From: Trueperaceae bacterium
GTDB lineage: Bacteria > Deinococcota > Deinococci > Deinococcales > Trueperaceae
Direction of reading: 5' to 3'
Assembly (NCBI GenBank): GCA_965213705.1
Contig: OZ243913.1
Coordinates: 1,696,001-1,760,000, forward strand
DNA length: 64,000 nt
Below the pieces are notes generated by a model that was given only the letters and a program-made list of their open reading frames with translations, did no database searches and was not told the DNA's origin. A program made the position numbers and the translations under genes. Of the stretch, positions 51,664-62,330 are shown piece after piece (within the stretch, counting starts at the first letter, position 1; each line of letters begins with the position of its first letter).

Positions 51664-52281
51664 CTACAAGTCCTCGTCGGTGATGCTGAATTTCGGCATC
51701 TTGCGCGGGTCGACGACGCGGTCGATGAGGCCGTACTCGAGGGCCTCTTGGGGAGCCATAAAGTTGTCGCGCTCCATGTCTTTGCGCAACTTCTCACGGC
51801 CGTGGTCGGTGTGTTTTGCGTACAAACCCTCTAACACATCCCGCAGGCTCAGCACTTCCCTGGCTTGGACCTCTAAGTCCGGCGTGTTGCCGCGAAAACC
51901 CGCCGAGCCCGCGTGAATCATAATTCGGCTGTTCGGCAGCGCCACGCGGCTGCCGTGCTCGCCCGCCATCAAGATAACCGAACCCATCGACATGGCGATG
52001 CCGACGCAGTTCGTATGCACCGGCGCAGAAATGTACTGCATCACGTCGTAAATGGCGAGTCCGGCGTAGACCTCGCCGCCGGGACAGTTGATGAAGATGT
52101 TGATGGGCTGCTCGCGCGACTGTGAGTCGAGGAGCAGCAGCTGCGCCACAATCGTGTTGGCGACGTTCGAGTCGATGGGCGTGCCCAAAAAGATAATCCG
52201 CTCGCGCAACAGGCGGCTGTAGATGTCGTACATCCGCTCGCCGCGGCTCGTTTGTTCGATGACATAGGGAACTAAAGACAT
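51664..52281 (-). CDS. clpP: Clp protease proteolytic subunit
   Basis: DIYSRLL, AMSMG (catalytic Ser), RIMIH, MERD. Confidence 0.96.
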   Translation of the reverse strand: MSLVPYVIEQTSRGERMYDIYSRLLRERIIFLGTPIDSNVANTIVAQLLLLDSQSREQPINIFINCPGGEVYAGLAIYDVMQYISAPVHTNCVGIAMSMGSVILMAGEHGSRVALPNSRIMIHAGSAGFRGNTPDLEVQAREVLSLRDVLEGLYAKHTDHGREKLRKDMERDNFMAPQEALEYGLIDRVVDPRKMPKFSITDEDL

Positions 52282-52435
52282 AATTACACCTTATACCAAA
52301 TCTTGGGAGGGGGGTAGGGAAAAAACTGCATGGGTGGGAGGCTCTTTAAGCGCCGCATGGTCGTCAGTATGAAACGAACTGCACCGACCCGCCGTCAGCA
52401 AGCTCACGTACTGAAAGCGCGCGGGTTGACCAAAC

Positions 52436-52464
52436 GAAAACCCGCCCCAAACCTCGGAGCGGGT
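52436..52464 (-). terminator. Terminator after tig
   Basis: Minus strand ACCCGCTCC-loop-GGGGCGGGT followed by TTT. Confidence 0.6.
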
Positions 52465-52479
52465 CGGGCAGCCTGAGCT

Positions 52480-53922
52480 TTACTCGGTTCCTTGGTTCGC
52501 ACTCACCTCGGCGGCTTGTTCGGACGCTTCGGCCGCGGCGTCTTCGTTTCCGGTGCTCTCGTCTTCGAAGTCGTCCTCGTCGTCCATCTCGGTTTGCCCT
52601 AAGAGTTCGCGCACCGTTTCGCGCACGGCCTTGTCGCGGGTGAGGGCGAAGCGGTAGTTCTCGAGCCATTCTTCGCCCGCCTCGCGGCGAAAGCGGCTCA
52701 CGTCCTGGTTCTCGCGCGACGCCATGTAGCGCACGGCGTCGTCGAACTCTTTGGCGCTCAGCGTCGTACCGCGGTTCTCGAGCAACCGCTCCAAGACCAT
52801 GTCCCGCTTGACGCCCAGCTCGGCGGCTTGTTGCAGTTCCGCGTCGAACTCGGTGCGTTTGTCGGTTCCGTCTAAGTTGGCAAGGTACGCTTCCAAACCG
52901 ACGCCGTTTTGCTGCAACTCCTGCGCCAGGTTGTTGAGCAGCGTCGCCTTGCGGCGATTGACGAGGCTTTTGGGCAATTCCAGGGTCGTTTCTTGGATGA
53001 GTTTGTCGACGAACTCTTCGCGTTGCGCCTGGAAGGCCTCGTTCTCGAGTTCGCGTTGTAAGTTCTCACGAATTTTCGCCTCGACCTCAGGCCAGGTCTC
53101 GAACCCGAGCGTTTTGGCGAGTTCGTCGTCGGCTTCGGGCTTCTCTTTTTCTTTGACGTCTTTGACCAGCACGGTCAGCTTGGGCAGTTCGGCCGCGGCG
53201 GCGCTTGCGGCAATCTCTTCTTCGGTGCCGCTCTCACCAGTGTCCGCGTCATCCTGGTCATCTTCTTCGTCGTACTCGTCTTCGTCGTCACTCCCCGAGG
53301 TGAGTGACAATTCAACCACGTCGCCCATCGCCTTGCCCAATAGTTGCTGCGCGAAGGCCGCGTCCACCCGTTCCAAGTCGATGGGGAGGACGCTGCCGCT
53401 CTCGACGCCGTCGCGCAGCGTCTCGACGAGCACGTAGTCACCCGGTTCCACCGCGCGGTCGACCGGGACGAGCGTGGCGTTTTCGCGCTGCAAGTCCTTG
53501 ACCGCTTCCGCGACCATGTCAGCGGTCAAGGGCGGTGCGGCGGTGTCGATGATGATTTCGCCCAAGTCCGGCAGGGTAAATTCGGGGTACAGGTCGACCT
53601 CGACCTCGAAAGTGTAGTCGCTGCCTTCGCTGGGTTCGTCGGCGTGAAAGTGGGCGTGGACCGGGGTCAGCTCCAGCTCTTTGACGGCTTTCGGATAGTT
53701 CGTTTCGACCAGGGCGTCGCGCACCTCTTGGTTGAGCGCGTCTTGTCCGACCCGCTGTACGAGCACCGCTTTGGGCGCTTTGCCCGGCCGAAAACCCGGC
53801 ACCTTGACCTGGCGTGCGACCGAGGTGAGGATGGCCCCGAAGGTTTTGTCCACGTCTTGCGCCGGGACGGTCACTTCGAACTTGGCGGACGCCGCTTGTT
53901 TGTCGATGAGTTTGGTTTGCAT
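52480..53922 (-). CDS. tig: Trigger factor
   Basis: Ribosome-binding signature VPGFRPGKAP; upstream of clpP-clpX. Confidence 0.93.
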   Translation of the reverse strand: MQTKLIDKQAASAKFEVTVPAQDVDKTFGAILTSVARQVKVPGFRPGKAPKAVLVQRVGQDALNQEVRDALVETNYPKAVKELELTPVHAHFHADEPSEGSDYTFEVEVDLYPEFTLPDLGEIIIDTAAPPLTADMVAEAVKDLQRENATLVPVDRAVEPGDYVLVETLRDGVESGSVLPIDLERVDAAFAQQLLGKAMGDVVELSLTSGSDDEDEYDEEDDQDDADTGESGTEEEIAASAAAAELPKLTVLVKDVKEKEKPEADDELAKTLGFETWPEVEAKIRENLQRELENEAFQAQREEFVDKLIQETTLELPKSLVNRRKATLLNNLAQELQQNGVGLEAYLANLDGTDKRTEFDAELQQAAELGVKRDMVLERLLENRGTTLSAKEFDDAVRYMASRENQDVSRFRREAGEEWLENYRFALTRDKAVRETVRELLGQTEMDDEDDFEDESTGNEDAAAEASEQAAEVSANQGTE

Positions 53923-54030
53923 GGTTTCTCCTAGCTCTCGCTGTCAGCGTACCAGTGTACCCGAAAAGCCCGGCTCGGCAAACAGCGCCTCAGACAGTTT
54001 GGGCCGAGGCTCTGCTAAGTAACGGACTTG

Positions 54031-54060
54031 TTGCTAAGCCCACGTCCTCTTTCGTATACT
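54031..54060 (+). promoter_or_regulatory. Promoter of the tRNA cluster
   Basis: TTGCTA-18 nt-TATACT. Confidence 0.6.
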
Positions 54061-54101
54061 GTTAAACGCCGCGCTGTTAGGTACGCCGTGCGGCCGGGTC
54101 T

Positions 54102-54179
<78 letters not shown>

Positions 54180-54243
54180 GGGTTTACGGGTATCATCTGT
54201 AAGTTACTGATAACGCCTATTTTTATAGATGATACCTACAAGT

Positions 54244-54319
<76 letters not shown>

Positions 54320-54392
54320 AAATCTTAAGGGTATCATCTATAATAAATGCAGAGGCACATCTTCAAGTGAACCAAAGATGCTACCTCTAAAT

Positions 54393-54469
<77 letters not shown>

Positions 54470-54500
54470 CGCAAAGCTCGTCGCAGAGCTGGACACGAAC

Positions 54501-54537
54501 ACCCGAAAAGCCTTCATGGTTTTTCGGGTTACTTTTT
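54501..54537 (+). terminator. Probable terminator of the tRNA transcript
   Basis: ACCCGAAAAGCC-ttcat-GGTTTTTCGGGT then tacttttt. Confidence 0.6.
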
Positions 54538-54704
54538 ACCGGCATCTATTAAAGACCAAGACCAGTGTCCTAACAACCTTCCGGGGTTCAGGAAAACGCG
54601 CCCTTTGTCGCTGACCCAAGCCGACATGGTGTAACGCCTCCCCACTGAAACAGCGGGTGTTACTGTTCGAGTTCACGCACCGATTTAGTACACGCTTTGG
54701 CGCA

Positions 54705-54765
54705 ACCTAACGTTTGACCTAACGCACGAACGTACCTTATGGTGAACCCATCTGAACGTTAGGTC
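54705..54765 (+). promoter_or_regulatory. Promoter with putative LacI-type operators
   Basis: TTGACC-18 nt-TATGGT; ACCTAACG occurs twice, with inverse CGTTAGGTC downstream. Confidence 0.55.
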
Positions 54766-54770
54766 GTGAC

Positions 54771-55772
54771 ATGAAAAAAGTTTCTCTGGCGGACATTGCC
54801 AGCGCTGTCGGCGTGTCCAAATTTTCGGTTTCCAGGGCGCTCGCGGGCAAGTCGGGTGTCAGCGAGGAGACGCGCGAGCTGGTCGTCGAAACGGCAAAAC
54901 GGCTGGGCTACCGCGTCAAGCCGGGGCGACAGCGGCTCATTTTTCAGTTCGACTTGGTCGTTTACAACGACGCCGACATGACCGAGTTTTGGATGGGCGT
55001 CATCACGGGCGCGCAGCGCGAAGCGAAACGGCTGGGCGTTTACCTGATAACCCGACCCATCCACGACGCCGAGGAAAGCCTGCAGCCCGCCGGTGGCGAA
55101 CTAGACGGGGTGATTGGCGGCAGCGGGTTGTCACGGGAGCTGCTCGAGCGCTACCGAACGCGCGGCGTCAAAACCGTCTTAATCAGCACGCCCGCGCCGG
55201 GCGACCCGTGGCACAGCGTGACCATTGCCGACGAGGAGGGCGCGTTCGCGGTGGGTCGACACCTCCAAACGTTAGGTCATGTTGCGCTTGCGTTTGTCAC
55301 CGACAGGGTCGCTAAAACGTCGTTCGCCAACCGCGAGCGCGGGCTGCGGCGCTACGCCGGGGACAAGGGGCTCGAGTACCGGCTCATCAAGGTGAACGGC
55401 CACGAGCCGGGTCGGTCTTTCGAGGGTGTCTTCGGTGGCTTGCTCAAAAACGGCGGCGCGCCCACCGGGCTCTACTGCGCCACCGACAGCCTCGCCTTTG
55501 CGGTCATCCACGCGCTGAACCGCCTGGGCTTGGGCGTGCCGCGCGACGTGTCGGTGGTGGGGGTTTACAACACGTTCGAGTCACGCAGCTCCGTACCACG
55601 ACTTACGACGCTGGACGTGCCGCGTGAGGAAATCGGCAAGCTGGCGGTGCGGCAGCTTTACGCGCTCGTCGCCACCCAAGAAGCGTTCGTGCCGACACGC
55701 GTCCAGGTCGCGCCGTCGCTGGTTGTCAGAGAGTCAACGGCCAAGGCCGGAAAGGGGAACTATGTCAGCTAA
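54771..55772 (+). CDS. LacI family transcriptional regulator
   Basis: SLADIASAVGVSKFSVSRAL, VPRDVSVVG, PRLTT, LVVRES. Confidence 0.92.
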   Translation: MKKVSLADIASAVGVSKFSVSRALAGKSGVSEETRELVVETAKRLGYRVKPGRQRLIFQFDLVVYNDADMTEFWMGVITGAQREAKRLGVYLITRPIHDAEESLQPAGGELDGVIGGSGLSRELLERYRTRGVKTVLISTPAPGDPWHSVTIADEEGAFAVGRHLQTLGHVALAFVTDRVAKTSFANRERGLRRYAGDKGLEYRLIKVNGHEPGRSFEGVFGGLLKNGGAPTGLYCATDSLAFAVIHALNRLGLGVPRDVSVVGVYNTFESRSSVPRLTTLDVPREEIGKLAVRQLYALVATQEAFVPTRVQVAPSLVVRESTAKAGKGNYVS

Positions 55773-56193
55773 CAGAGCAAGTAAACGGTTCGTTTCACCT
55801 GAGGACGTCGAAACGCATGTGTTCGACTGGGGCACCATCAAGTGGATGAGCGCGCCCGCCACCAACGGCGCGGAGAAGTTCACCACCGGCGTCGTACTGC
55901 TCAAGCCCGGCGCGGGTCACGCGCGGCACAACCACGAGAGCGTCGAGGAAATCCTCTACGTCGTGTCCGGCGAGGGCGAGCAGATGATAGAGCTGCCCGA
56001 CGGCAGCGAGGAGCGCAGACCGATTCGCGCCGGGATGCTGGTTCATATTCCCGCCGACGTGTTTCACGAGACCATGAACACCTCATGGGAAGAACTCAAA
56101 CTCATCGCCATCTACGCGCCGCCTGGCCCCGAAGACCTGTTGCGCGACTTTGCGGAAAAAATTCTGCCCGCGGGCGAAATACCCAAAGGTTAG
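55762..56193 (+). CDS. Cupin domain protein
   Basis: [21 protein letters not shown]...IPADVFH. Confidence 0.88.
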   Translation: MSANRASKRFVSPEDVETHVFDWGTIKWMSAPATNGAEKFTTGVVLLKPGAGHARHNHESVEEILYVVSGEGEQMIELPDGSEERRPIRAGMLVHIPADVFHETMNTSWEELKLIAIYAPPGPEDLLRDFAEKILPAGEIPKG

Positions 56194-56203
56194 CGGGGAC
56201 GCG

Positions 56204-57412
56204 GTGAAGGTTTACGTGATAGGCACCTGCGACACCAAGGGCGCTGAGCTGCGCTACATGCGCGACTTGCTCAAAGCGGCGGGGGTGGACACGGTTTTGG
56301 TAGACGTAGGCACCGGAGGCGACACTAGCAACGGTGGCGACAGGGGCGCAGTGGACGTGACGCCGCACGAGGTCGCGGCACACCATCCTGAAGGGGCTGA
56401 CAAGGTTTTTAGCGACGACCGGGGCGAGGCTGTCGCGGGGATGAGTCTGGCCCTCGAGCACTTTATAAAGTTGCGCGGCGACGTGGCGGGCGCGCTTTCC
56501 GCGGGCGGCTCGGGCGGCACGGCGTTGGTCGCGCCCGCGCTGCGCGCCCTGCCCATCGGCACGCCCAAGGTGATGGTGTCGACCGTCGCCTCCGGCAACG
56601 TCGCGCCCTACGTCGGCCCCAGCGACATCTGCATGATGTACTCGGTCACCGACGTACAAGGACTCAACAACATCAGCCGTCAGGTCTTGGGCAACGCGGC
56701 GCACGCGGTAGTGGGCATGGTCACCAACGAGGTGCCGAAGCTCAGCGACACGCGCCCGGCGGTCGGGCTGAGCATGTTCGGCGTCACGACGCCCTGCGTG
56801 CAGCAGGTGGTGGCGGCGTTGGAGGGGGACTACGACTGCTTGGTGTTCCACGCGACCGGCACGGGCGGGCAGTCGCTGGAAAAACTCGTGGACTCGGGTC
56901 TCGTTGTGGGCGTCGTCGACGCGACCACCACCGAAGTCTGCGACTTGCTGATGGGCGGCGTGTTCAGCGCGGGTGAGGACCGCTTCGGCAGCGTGATTCG
57001 CACGGGAGCGCCCTATGTAGGCTCGGTCGGGGCGCTCGACATGGTGAACTTCGGTGCCAAAGAGACGGTGCCGGACAAGTACAAAGACCGCAACCTCTAC
57101 GCCCACAATTCCCAGGTGACGCTCATGCGCACGACGGCGGAGGAAAACACCCGCATGGGCGAGTGGATTGCGAACAAGCTCAACCAGATGGAGGGCGAGG
57201 TGCGCTTTTTGCTGCCCCTCGGCGGCGTGTCGCTCATCGACGCGCCGGGGCAACCCTTTTACGACCCCGAAGCGGACCAAGCGCTGTTCGAAGCGCTCGA
57301 GGCCAATGTCCGGCAAACCGACAAGCGCAAACTCGTCAAGGTGGACCACAACATCAACGACCCCGAGTTTGCAGACGCGCTCGTGGAGCATTTCAGGGCG
57401 GTGAGCGCTTAG
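56204..57412 (+). CDS. Tm-1-like ATP-binding domain protein (UPF0261)
   Basis: [57 protein letters not shown]-like tail. Confidence 0.9.
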   Translation: MKVYVIGTCDTKGAELRYMRDLLKAAGVDTVLVDVGTGGDTSNGGDRGAVDVTPHEVAAHHPEGADKVFSDDRGEAVAGMSLALEHFIKLRGDVAGALSAGGSGGTALVAPALRALPIGTPKVMVSTVASGNVAPYVGPSDICMMYSVTDVQGLNNISRQVLGNAAHAVVGMVTNEVPKLSDTRPAVGLSMFGVTTPCVQQVVAALEGDYDCLVFHATGTGGQSLEKLVDSGLVVGVVDATTTEVCDLLMGGVFSAGEDRFGSVIRTGAPYVGSVGALDMVNFGAKETVPDKYKDRNLYAHNSQVTLMRTTAEENTRMGEWIANKLNQMEGEVRFLLPLGGVSLIDAPGQPFYDPEADQALFEALEANVRQTDKRKLVKVDHNINDPEFADALVEHFRAVSA

Positions 57413-58242
57413 TGGCCTTTGCGCGTTCGGACATCTTGAACAAGTTCAAGGGCATGATAGCGCGCCGCGAACCCATCATCGGCGGCGGCGCGGGCACAGG
57501 CTTGTCCGCCAAGTGGGAGGAAAAGGGCGGCATCGACCTGATTGTGATTTACAACTCGGGGCGCTACCGCATGGCGGGGCGGGGCTCGCTGGCGGGCCTT
57601 CTCGCTTACGGCAACGCCAACGACATCGTCATGGACATGGCGAAAGAAGTTCTGCCCGTCGCCAAGAACACGCCCGTGCTGGCAGGTGTCAACGGCACCG
57701 ACCCCTTTTACGACCCAGACGTGTTTTTGGCCGAGCTGCGCCGCGTGGGCTTCTCCGGCGTGCAAAACTTTCCTACGGTGGGGCTTATCGACGGGAACTT
57801 CAGGGCCAACTTGGAAGAGACCGGGATGGGCTACGACCTAGAGGTCGACATGATTGCCCGCGCGCACAGGCTCGAGCTGCTGACGACGCCCTACGTTTTT
57901 AATAGCGAGGACGCCGAGGCCATGACCGCGGCGGACGCGGACATCCTCGTGTGCCACATGGGCCTCACCACCGGCGGCGGGATTGGCGCGGAAACGGCGC
58001 TGACCCTAGAAGACTGCGTACCCGTCATAGATGAGTGGTCAGACGCCGCGCTGAGCGTGCGCGACGACGTCATCATCCTCTGTCACGGCGGCCCCATCGC
58101 CATGCCGGACGACGCTGGTTATATTCTCGAGCACTGCAAAAACGTTCACGGCTTCTACGGTGCCAGCAGCATGGAGCGTCTGCCTGTGGAGAGAGCCCTA
58201 AAAGAGCAGACCGAAAAATTCAAGGCGCTACGGTTCGAGTGA
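57412..58242 (+). CDS. TIM-barrel signal transduction / PEP-hydrolase-like family protein
   Basis: [61 protein letters not shown]. Confidence 0.9.
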   Translation: MAFARSDILNKFKGMIARREPIIGGGAGTGLSAKWEEKGGIDLIVIYNSGRYRMAGRGSLAGLLAYGNANDIVMDMAKEVLPVAKNTPVLAGVNGTDPFYDPDVFLAELRRVGFSGVQNFPTVGLIDGNFRANLEETGMGYDLEVDMIARAHRLELLTTPYVFNSEDAEAMTAADADILVCHMGLTTGGGIGAETALTLEDCVPVIDEWSDAALSVRDDVIILCHGGPIAMPDDAGYILEHCKNVHGFYGASSMERLPVERALKEQTEKFKALRFE

Positions 58243-58264
58243 CGTCGCCCCGCCGAGGTCATTC

Positions 58265-59137
58265 GTGACCAAGTTTCTCATCGTCACCCTTAACGGGCTC
58301 ACGCTGGCCTCGCTCTACTTCATCGTGGCGTCGGGGTTCTCGCTCATCTTCGGCTTGATGCGGGTCGTCAACATGGCGCACGGTGCGCTCTATCTACTGG
58401 GCGCTTACGCAGGTTGGAGCCTGTGGGACGCGACCGGCAACTGGTGGCTGGCGCTGCTCGCGGGGCCTTTAGCGTCTGTCGCCGCCGGGCTGCTGATGCA
58501 GCGCTTTTTGTTGCGGCGGGTGGTGGGCGACGACCTGCGCGAGGCGCTTGTGACGGTTGCTGTAGGCATCATCATCGCCGACACGCTGCTGCGCGGGTAC
58601 GGCGGCGCGATTCGGCAGGTGCGCCCGCCCGCCGTACTGAGCGGCGCGACGCCGCTGGGGTTTATCGGCGTGCCCGCCTACCCGACGTTTCGTCTGGCGA
58701 TGGTGGGCGTAGCCGTGCTGGTGGGGGTGGGTCTATGGTACTTGCTGCAGCGCACCAAGCTCGGCATAGTTATCCGGGCCGGGATTGACGACCGCGCGAT
58801 GGTGGACGCTCTGGGTATCAACATCGACACCGTTTTCCTGGTGGTCTTCGCTCTGGGCTCTTTTCTGGCTGGGTTGGCGGGCGTGGTCGGCGCGTCCGCC
58901 CTGTCACTACGTCCAGGTGACGACGGGGTGTACCTCCTGTCGTCACTCATCGTGGTGATTGTGGGCGGTATGGGAAGTTTGGGCGGCGCGGCGGTGGGGG
59001 CGCTGCTGGTGGGGCTGGCGGGGCAGTATGGCTTAGCTTACACGCCGACCTACGCGAGCCTGTTGACCTTTGTGATTATGGTGGCGGTGCTGGCGCTGCG
59101 CCCCCGTGGTCTGCTCGGAAAGCAGCTCACGCGGTGA
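58265..59137 (+). CDS. Branched-chain-type ABC permease (LivH-like)
   Basis: GFSLIFGLMRVVNMAHG, TKLG..IRA, GGMGS, RPRGL. Confidence 0.88.
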   Translation: MTKFLIVTLNGLTLASLYFIVASGFSLIFGLMRVVNMAHGALYLLGAYAGWSLWDATGNWWLALLAGPLASVAAGLLMQRFLLRRVVGDDLREALVTVAVGIIIADTLLRGYGGAIRQVRPPAVLSGATPLGFIGVPAYPTFRLAMVGVAVLVGVGLWYLLQRTKLGIVIRAGIDDRAMVDALGINIDTVFLVVFALGSFLAGLAGVVGASALSLRPGDDGVYLLSSLIVVIVGGMGSLGGAAVGALLVGLAGQYGLAYTPTYASLLTFVIMVAVLALRPRGLLGKQLTR

Positions 59138-60096
59138 ACCGCGCCGTGCGGCTGGCGCTGGGTGGCGGGGCGTTGTTGGGTTTGGTGACCTTACCCTTGT
59201 ACGCCTCTAACTTTGTCACCTTGCAAATCGGGGTGCAGTCGCTGTACTTAGCCATTTTAGCCATGAGCCTCGCGTTCCTGGCGGGCTACGGCGGCATGGT
59301 GTCGCTGGCGCAATTAGGGCTGTTCGGCGTGGGCGGCTACACCTTTGCCCACCTGGTCGTCATGCAGGGGTTCCCACCCGCTTTGGCCGTTCTCGCCGCC
59401 CTCGTCCTGCCGCCCCTCGTCGGGGTGGGGTTCGCGCTGGTTTCGGTCAGGACGGAAGGCATCTACTTTCTCATGATAACGCTGGCGCTGTCCATGCTGA
59501 CCTACGCCTTCGCCTTGCAAAACAGGGGATTGACGAGAGGCTTTTCGGGCATCAACGGGGTCGAGCCACCCACTTTCGGGGCGCTCAACTTAGAGAACAC
59601 TGTCACTTTCTACTACGTCACGCTTGCGTGTGCCCTCCTCGTGTACGCCCTCTTGCGCTACGTCGTCAGCACCCCTTTCGGGTTGGCCCTCCAGGCCATG
59701 CGGGACAACTCGCGCCGGATGCGTGCCCTCGGCTTCAACGTGACCGCGCACCGCGTGGCGGCCTTTGCGCTGGCCGCGTTCATAGCAGGGCTCGCCGGGA
59801 TTTTAGGTGTCTGGTACAACGGCCAGATGACGCCCAGCAGCATCGACCTAGGCCGCAACATCAACGTCCTCATCATCGCCGTGGTGGGGGGGCTGCTCTA
59901 CTTCGAGGGCGGCTTCGTCGGGGCCTTTTTCTTTGTGCTGGTCACGACCTTTGCCAGCTCGTTCACCGACCGGTTCAACACCCTTATCGGCGTCGCTTTC
60001 TTGCTTGTGGCTCTGTTTTTGCCAGGGGGCTTGATGGGTTTGGTCGACCGTTTGGTCAAGCCGCGCCAACTTCCCGTCGAGCGTGCCCCGCCATGA
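59134..60096 (+). CDS. Branched-chain-type ABC permease (LivM-like)
   Basis: GYGGMVSL, GIYFLMITLA, PFGLALQAMRDN. Confidence 0.88.
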   Translation: MNRAVRLALGGGALLGLVTLPLYASNFVTLQIGVQSLYLAILAMSLAFLAGYGGMVSLAQLGLFGVGGYTFAHLVVMQGFPPALAVLAALVLPPLVGVGFALVSVRTEGIYFLMITLALSMLTYAFALQNRGLTRGFSGINGVEPPTFGALNLENTVTFYYVTLACALLVYALLRYVVSTPFGLALQAMRDNSRRMRALGFNVTAHRVAAFALAAFIAGLAGILGVWYNGQMTPSSIDLGRNINVLIIAVVGGLLYFEGGFVGAFFFVLVTTFASSFTDRFNTLIGVAFLLVALFLPGGLMGLVDRLVKPRQLPVERAPP

Positions 60097-60200
60097 CCCC
60101 TTGGCCCTCGAGCACCTTCACCGAGGGAGGTGATAACCCCCGACCGAACACAGTCTGAAAGCAAACGAAACCAACCTTTGTGCAACAGAAGGGACACTAC

Positions 60201-61427
60201 ATGAAGAAGTTATGGTTAGGTTTACTGGCAACCCTGTTCGCCGTGACGCTGGCGCAGGAGCCGCTTAAAATCGGCACTGTGGCGGTGCTCGAGGGGGCCT
60301 TTACGGTGCTGGGCGAGGACTCGGTGCGCGGCGTCGAGATGGCGATTGCCGAATTTGGCGGCGAGGTGGCGGGCCGACCTATCGAGTTGAGCGTTGAAGC
60401 TTCCGACGCCACGCCCGACCGCGCGGTGAACGCGGTGCGCAAACTCGTGGAGCAAGAAGGCGTCGACATCGTTGTGGGACCCCTGTCGGGCGACGAGGGC
60501 ATCGCCGTCAAAAACTACGCCAAGACGCAGCCCCAAACGACCTTTTTGAACGGCGCGTCGGGCGCGCAAGACGCGACCCTGCGCGACCCGGCTGAAAACT
60601 TTTTCCGCTTCAACACCGACGGCACGCAGTGGATGGCCGGACTGGGCGACTACGCCTACAACGAAAAGGGCTATGAAAAAATCGTCACCATCGCTGAGGA
60701 CTACAGCTTTCCCTACTCGCAGGTGGGCGGTTTTCTGCTCGACTACTGTCAGGCGGGTGGCGAGGTCGTGGACCGGTTCTGGGCGCCTATCGGCACGACG
60801 GACTTCAGCTCCATCGTCGCGTCCATTCCCCGCGACGTAGACGCGATTTACGTGGCACTGGGCGGCGCGGACGCGGTGAACTTTTTGTCGCAGTACAACC
60901 AGTTCGGCGGCTCCGCCCCGATGATTGCCGGGTCCATCACCGTGGACCAGACCATCCTGAGCAGCGAGGGCGCGCTGCTGGACAACGTTGTCGGCGCGAT
61001 TTCCGCCGGCCCCATCGCTGACAACGACTCGAGCGAGGCTTTTCGCGCGTTCGTGGAGGGCTACAAGGAGCAGTTCCCCGACGCCTTCACCTCCCCTTCG
61101 CTGTTCGCCTGGGCGTACTACGTGAACACCTTGGCGGCGCTTACCGCCGTCGAAGAGGTCGGCGGCGACTTGTCGGACGGTCAAGCGGCGTTTCAAGCCG
61201 CACTTACCGACGTGGTTTTAGAAGGCCCGACCGGCACCATCACACTGGACGGCAACCGGCAAGCCATCGGCAACAACTACATCACCGAAATCGTCCAGAA
61301 CGACGACGGCACCCTGACCAGCGAACTGGTCGCCGTCGCCGAGGGCGTCAACCAAACGATGGGTATGGACGCGGACACCTACCTCGCCATCGGCGAATTC
61401 GGGCGCGACAACCCGACCTGCGAATAA
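60201..61427 (+). CDS. LivK-like ABC substrate-binding protein
   Basis: Signal peptide from ATG 60201; VGPLSG, FFRF, DYSF, TTDFSS. Confidence 0.85.
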   Translation: MKKLWLGLLATLFAVTLAQEPLKIGTVAVLEGAFTVLGEDSVRGVEMAIAEFGGEVAGRPIELSVEASDATPDRAVNAVRKLVEQEGVDIVVGPLSGDEGIAVKNYAKTQPQTTFLNGASGAQDATLRDPAENFFRFNTDGTQWMAGLGDYAYNEKGYEKIVTIAEDYSFPYSQVGGFLLDYCQAGGEVVDRFWAPIGTTDFSSIVASIPRDVDAIYVALGGADAVNFLSQYNQFGGSAPMIAGSITVDQTILSSEGALLDNVVGAISAGPIADNDSSEAFRAFVEGYKEQFPDAFTSPSLFAWAYYVNTLAALTAVEEVGGDLSDGQAAFQAALTDVVLEGPTGTITLDGNRQAIGNNYITEIVQNDDGTLTSELVAVAEGVNQTMGMDADTYLAIGEFGRDNPTCE

Positions 61428-61440
61428 TTCTGAGCCCAGT

Positions 61441-61471
61441 CAGCCTCTTCCTGAAAAACAGGAGGAGGCTG
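61441..61471 (+). terminator. Hairpin after the SBP gene (stabiliser/attenuator)
   Basis: CAGCCTCTTCCTG-aaaaa-CAGGAGGAGGCTG. Confidence 0.55.
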
Positions 61472-61583
61472 TTACCAAAAGTTTTTCGACCTTCGCAGTT
61501 ACCGAGTGCCACCGAGCAAAACAAACACCCTGTCTTTATATGTTAGGTGAACAAGTTTATTTTATGAACAAGAATGCAGCCCT

Positions 61584-62330
61584 ATGACGACCAACGCACT
61601 CGAGCTGACAAGCTTAGGCGTTCAGTTCGGCGGGATTCACGCCGTCAAGGACGTGACGTTGCAGGTGACGGCGGGTGAGCGGCGCGCGGTGCTGGGACCC
61701 AACGGGGCGGGCAAGTCGAGCCTGTTCAACCTCGTGGCCGGCGAATACGCGCCGACTTCGGGCAATATCCGCATGTTCGGACGTGAGGTGACGCGGCTGC
61801 CTATCTACAAACGCAGCCGTTTAGGGCTCGGGAGGACGTATCAGACTTCCGCCCTGTTCCCGCACCTGTCCATCCTTCAACACTTGTATTTGGCCGTGCG
61901 CGGCTGCAACAGCGGGCGCATGAGCCTCAGACCTCTTAAAAAATCAGACACCTATTACCGTCAGGCGCAAGACTTGGCGCAGCAGGTCGGTTTGTTCGAA
62001 AAGGGTGACCGCCTCGTTTCGGATGTTTCCCACGGTGAGCAGCGGCAGCTGGAAATCGGGCTGGCGCTAGCGGGTGAGCCCAGGCTGGTCTTGCTGGACG
62101 AGCCCGCCGCCGGACTCTCGCAAGGAGAACGCGCCCGCCTAGTGAGCCTGCTGAAAGCTTTACCCAAAGACCTCACCCTGATGATTATCGAACACGACAT
62201 GGACGTGGCGTTGGAGGTCGCTGACCTCATCACCGTGATGCACGACGGAAAGGTACTCGTGACCGAAACGCCCGCAGACCTGCGGCAAAACAGAGAAATT
62301 CACGCGCTGTACCTGGGCAAGCGTGAGTGA
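61584..62330 (+). CDS. ABC ATPase (LivG-like)
   Basis: GPNGAGKS, SHGEQRQLE, LLDEPAAG, IEHDM. Confidence 0.9.
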   Translation: MTTNALELTSLGVQFGGIHAVKDVTLQVTAGERRAVLGPNGAGKSSLFNLVAGEYAPTSGNIRMFGREVTRLPIYKRSRLGLGRTYQTSALFPHLSILQHLYLAVRGCNSGRMSLRPLKKSDTYYRQAQDLAQQVGLFEKGDRLVSDVSHGEQRQLEIGLALAGEPRLVLLDEPAAGLSQGERARLVSLLKALPKDLTLMIIEHDMDVALEVADLITVMHDGKVLVTETPADLRQNREIHALYLGKRE

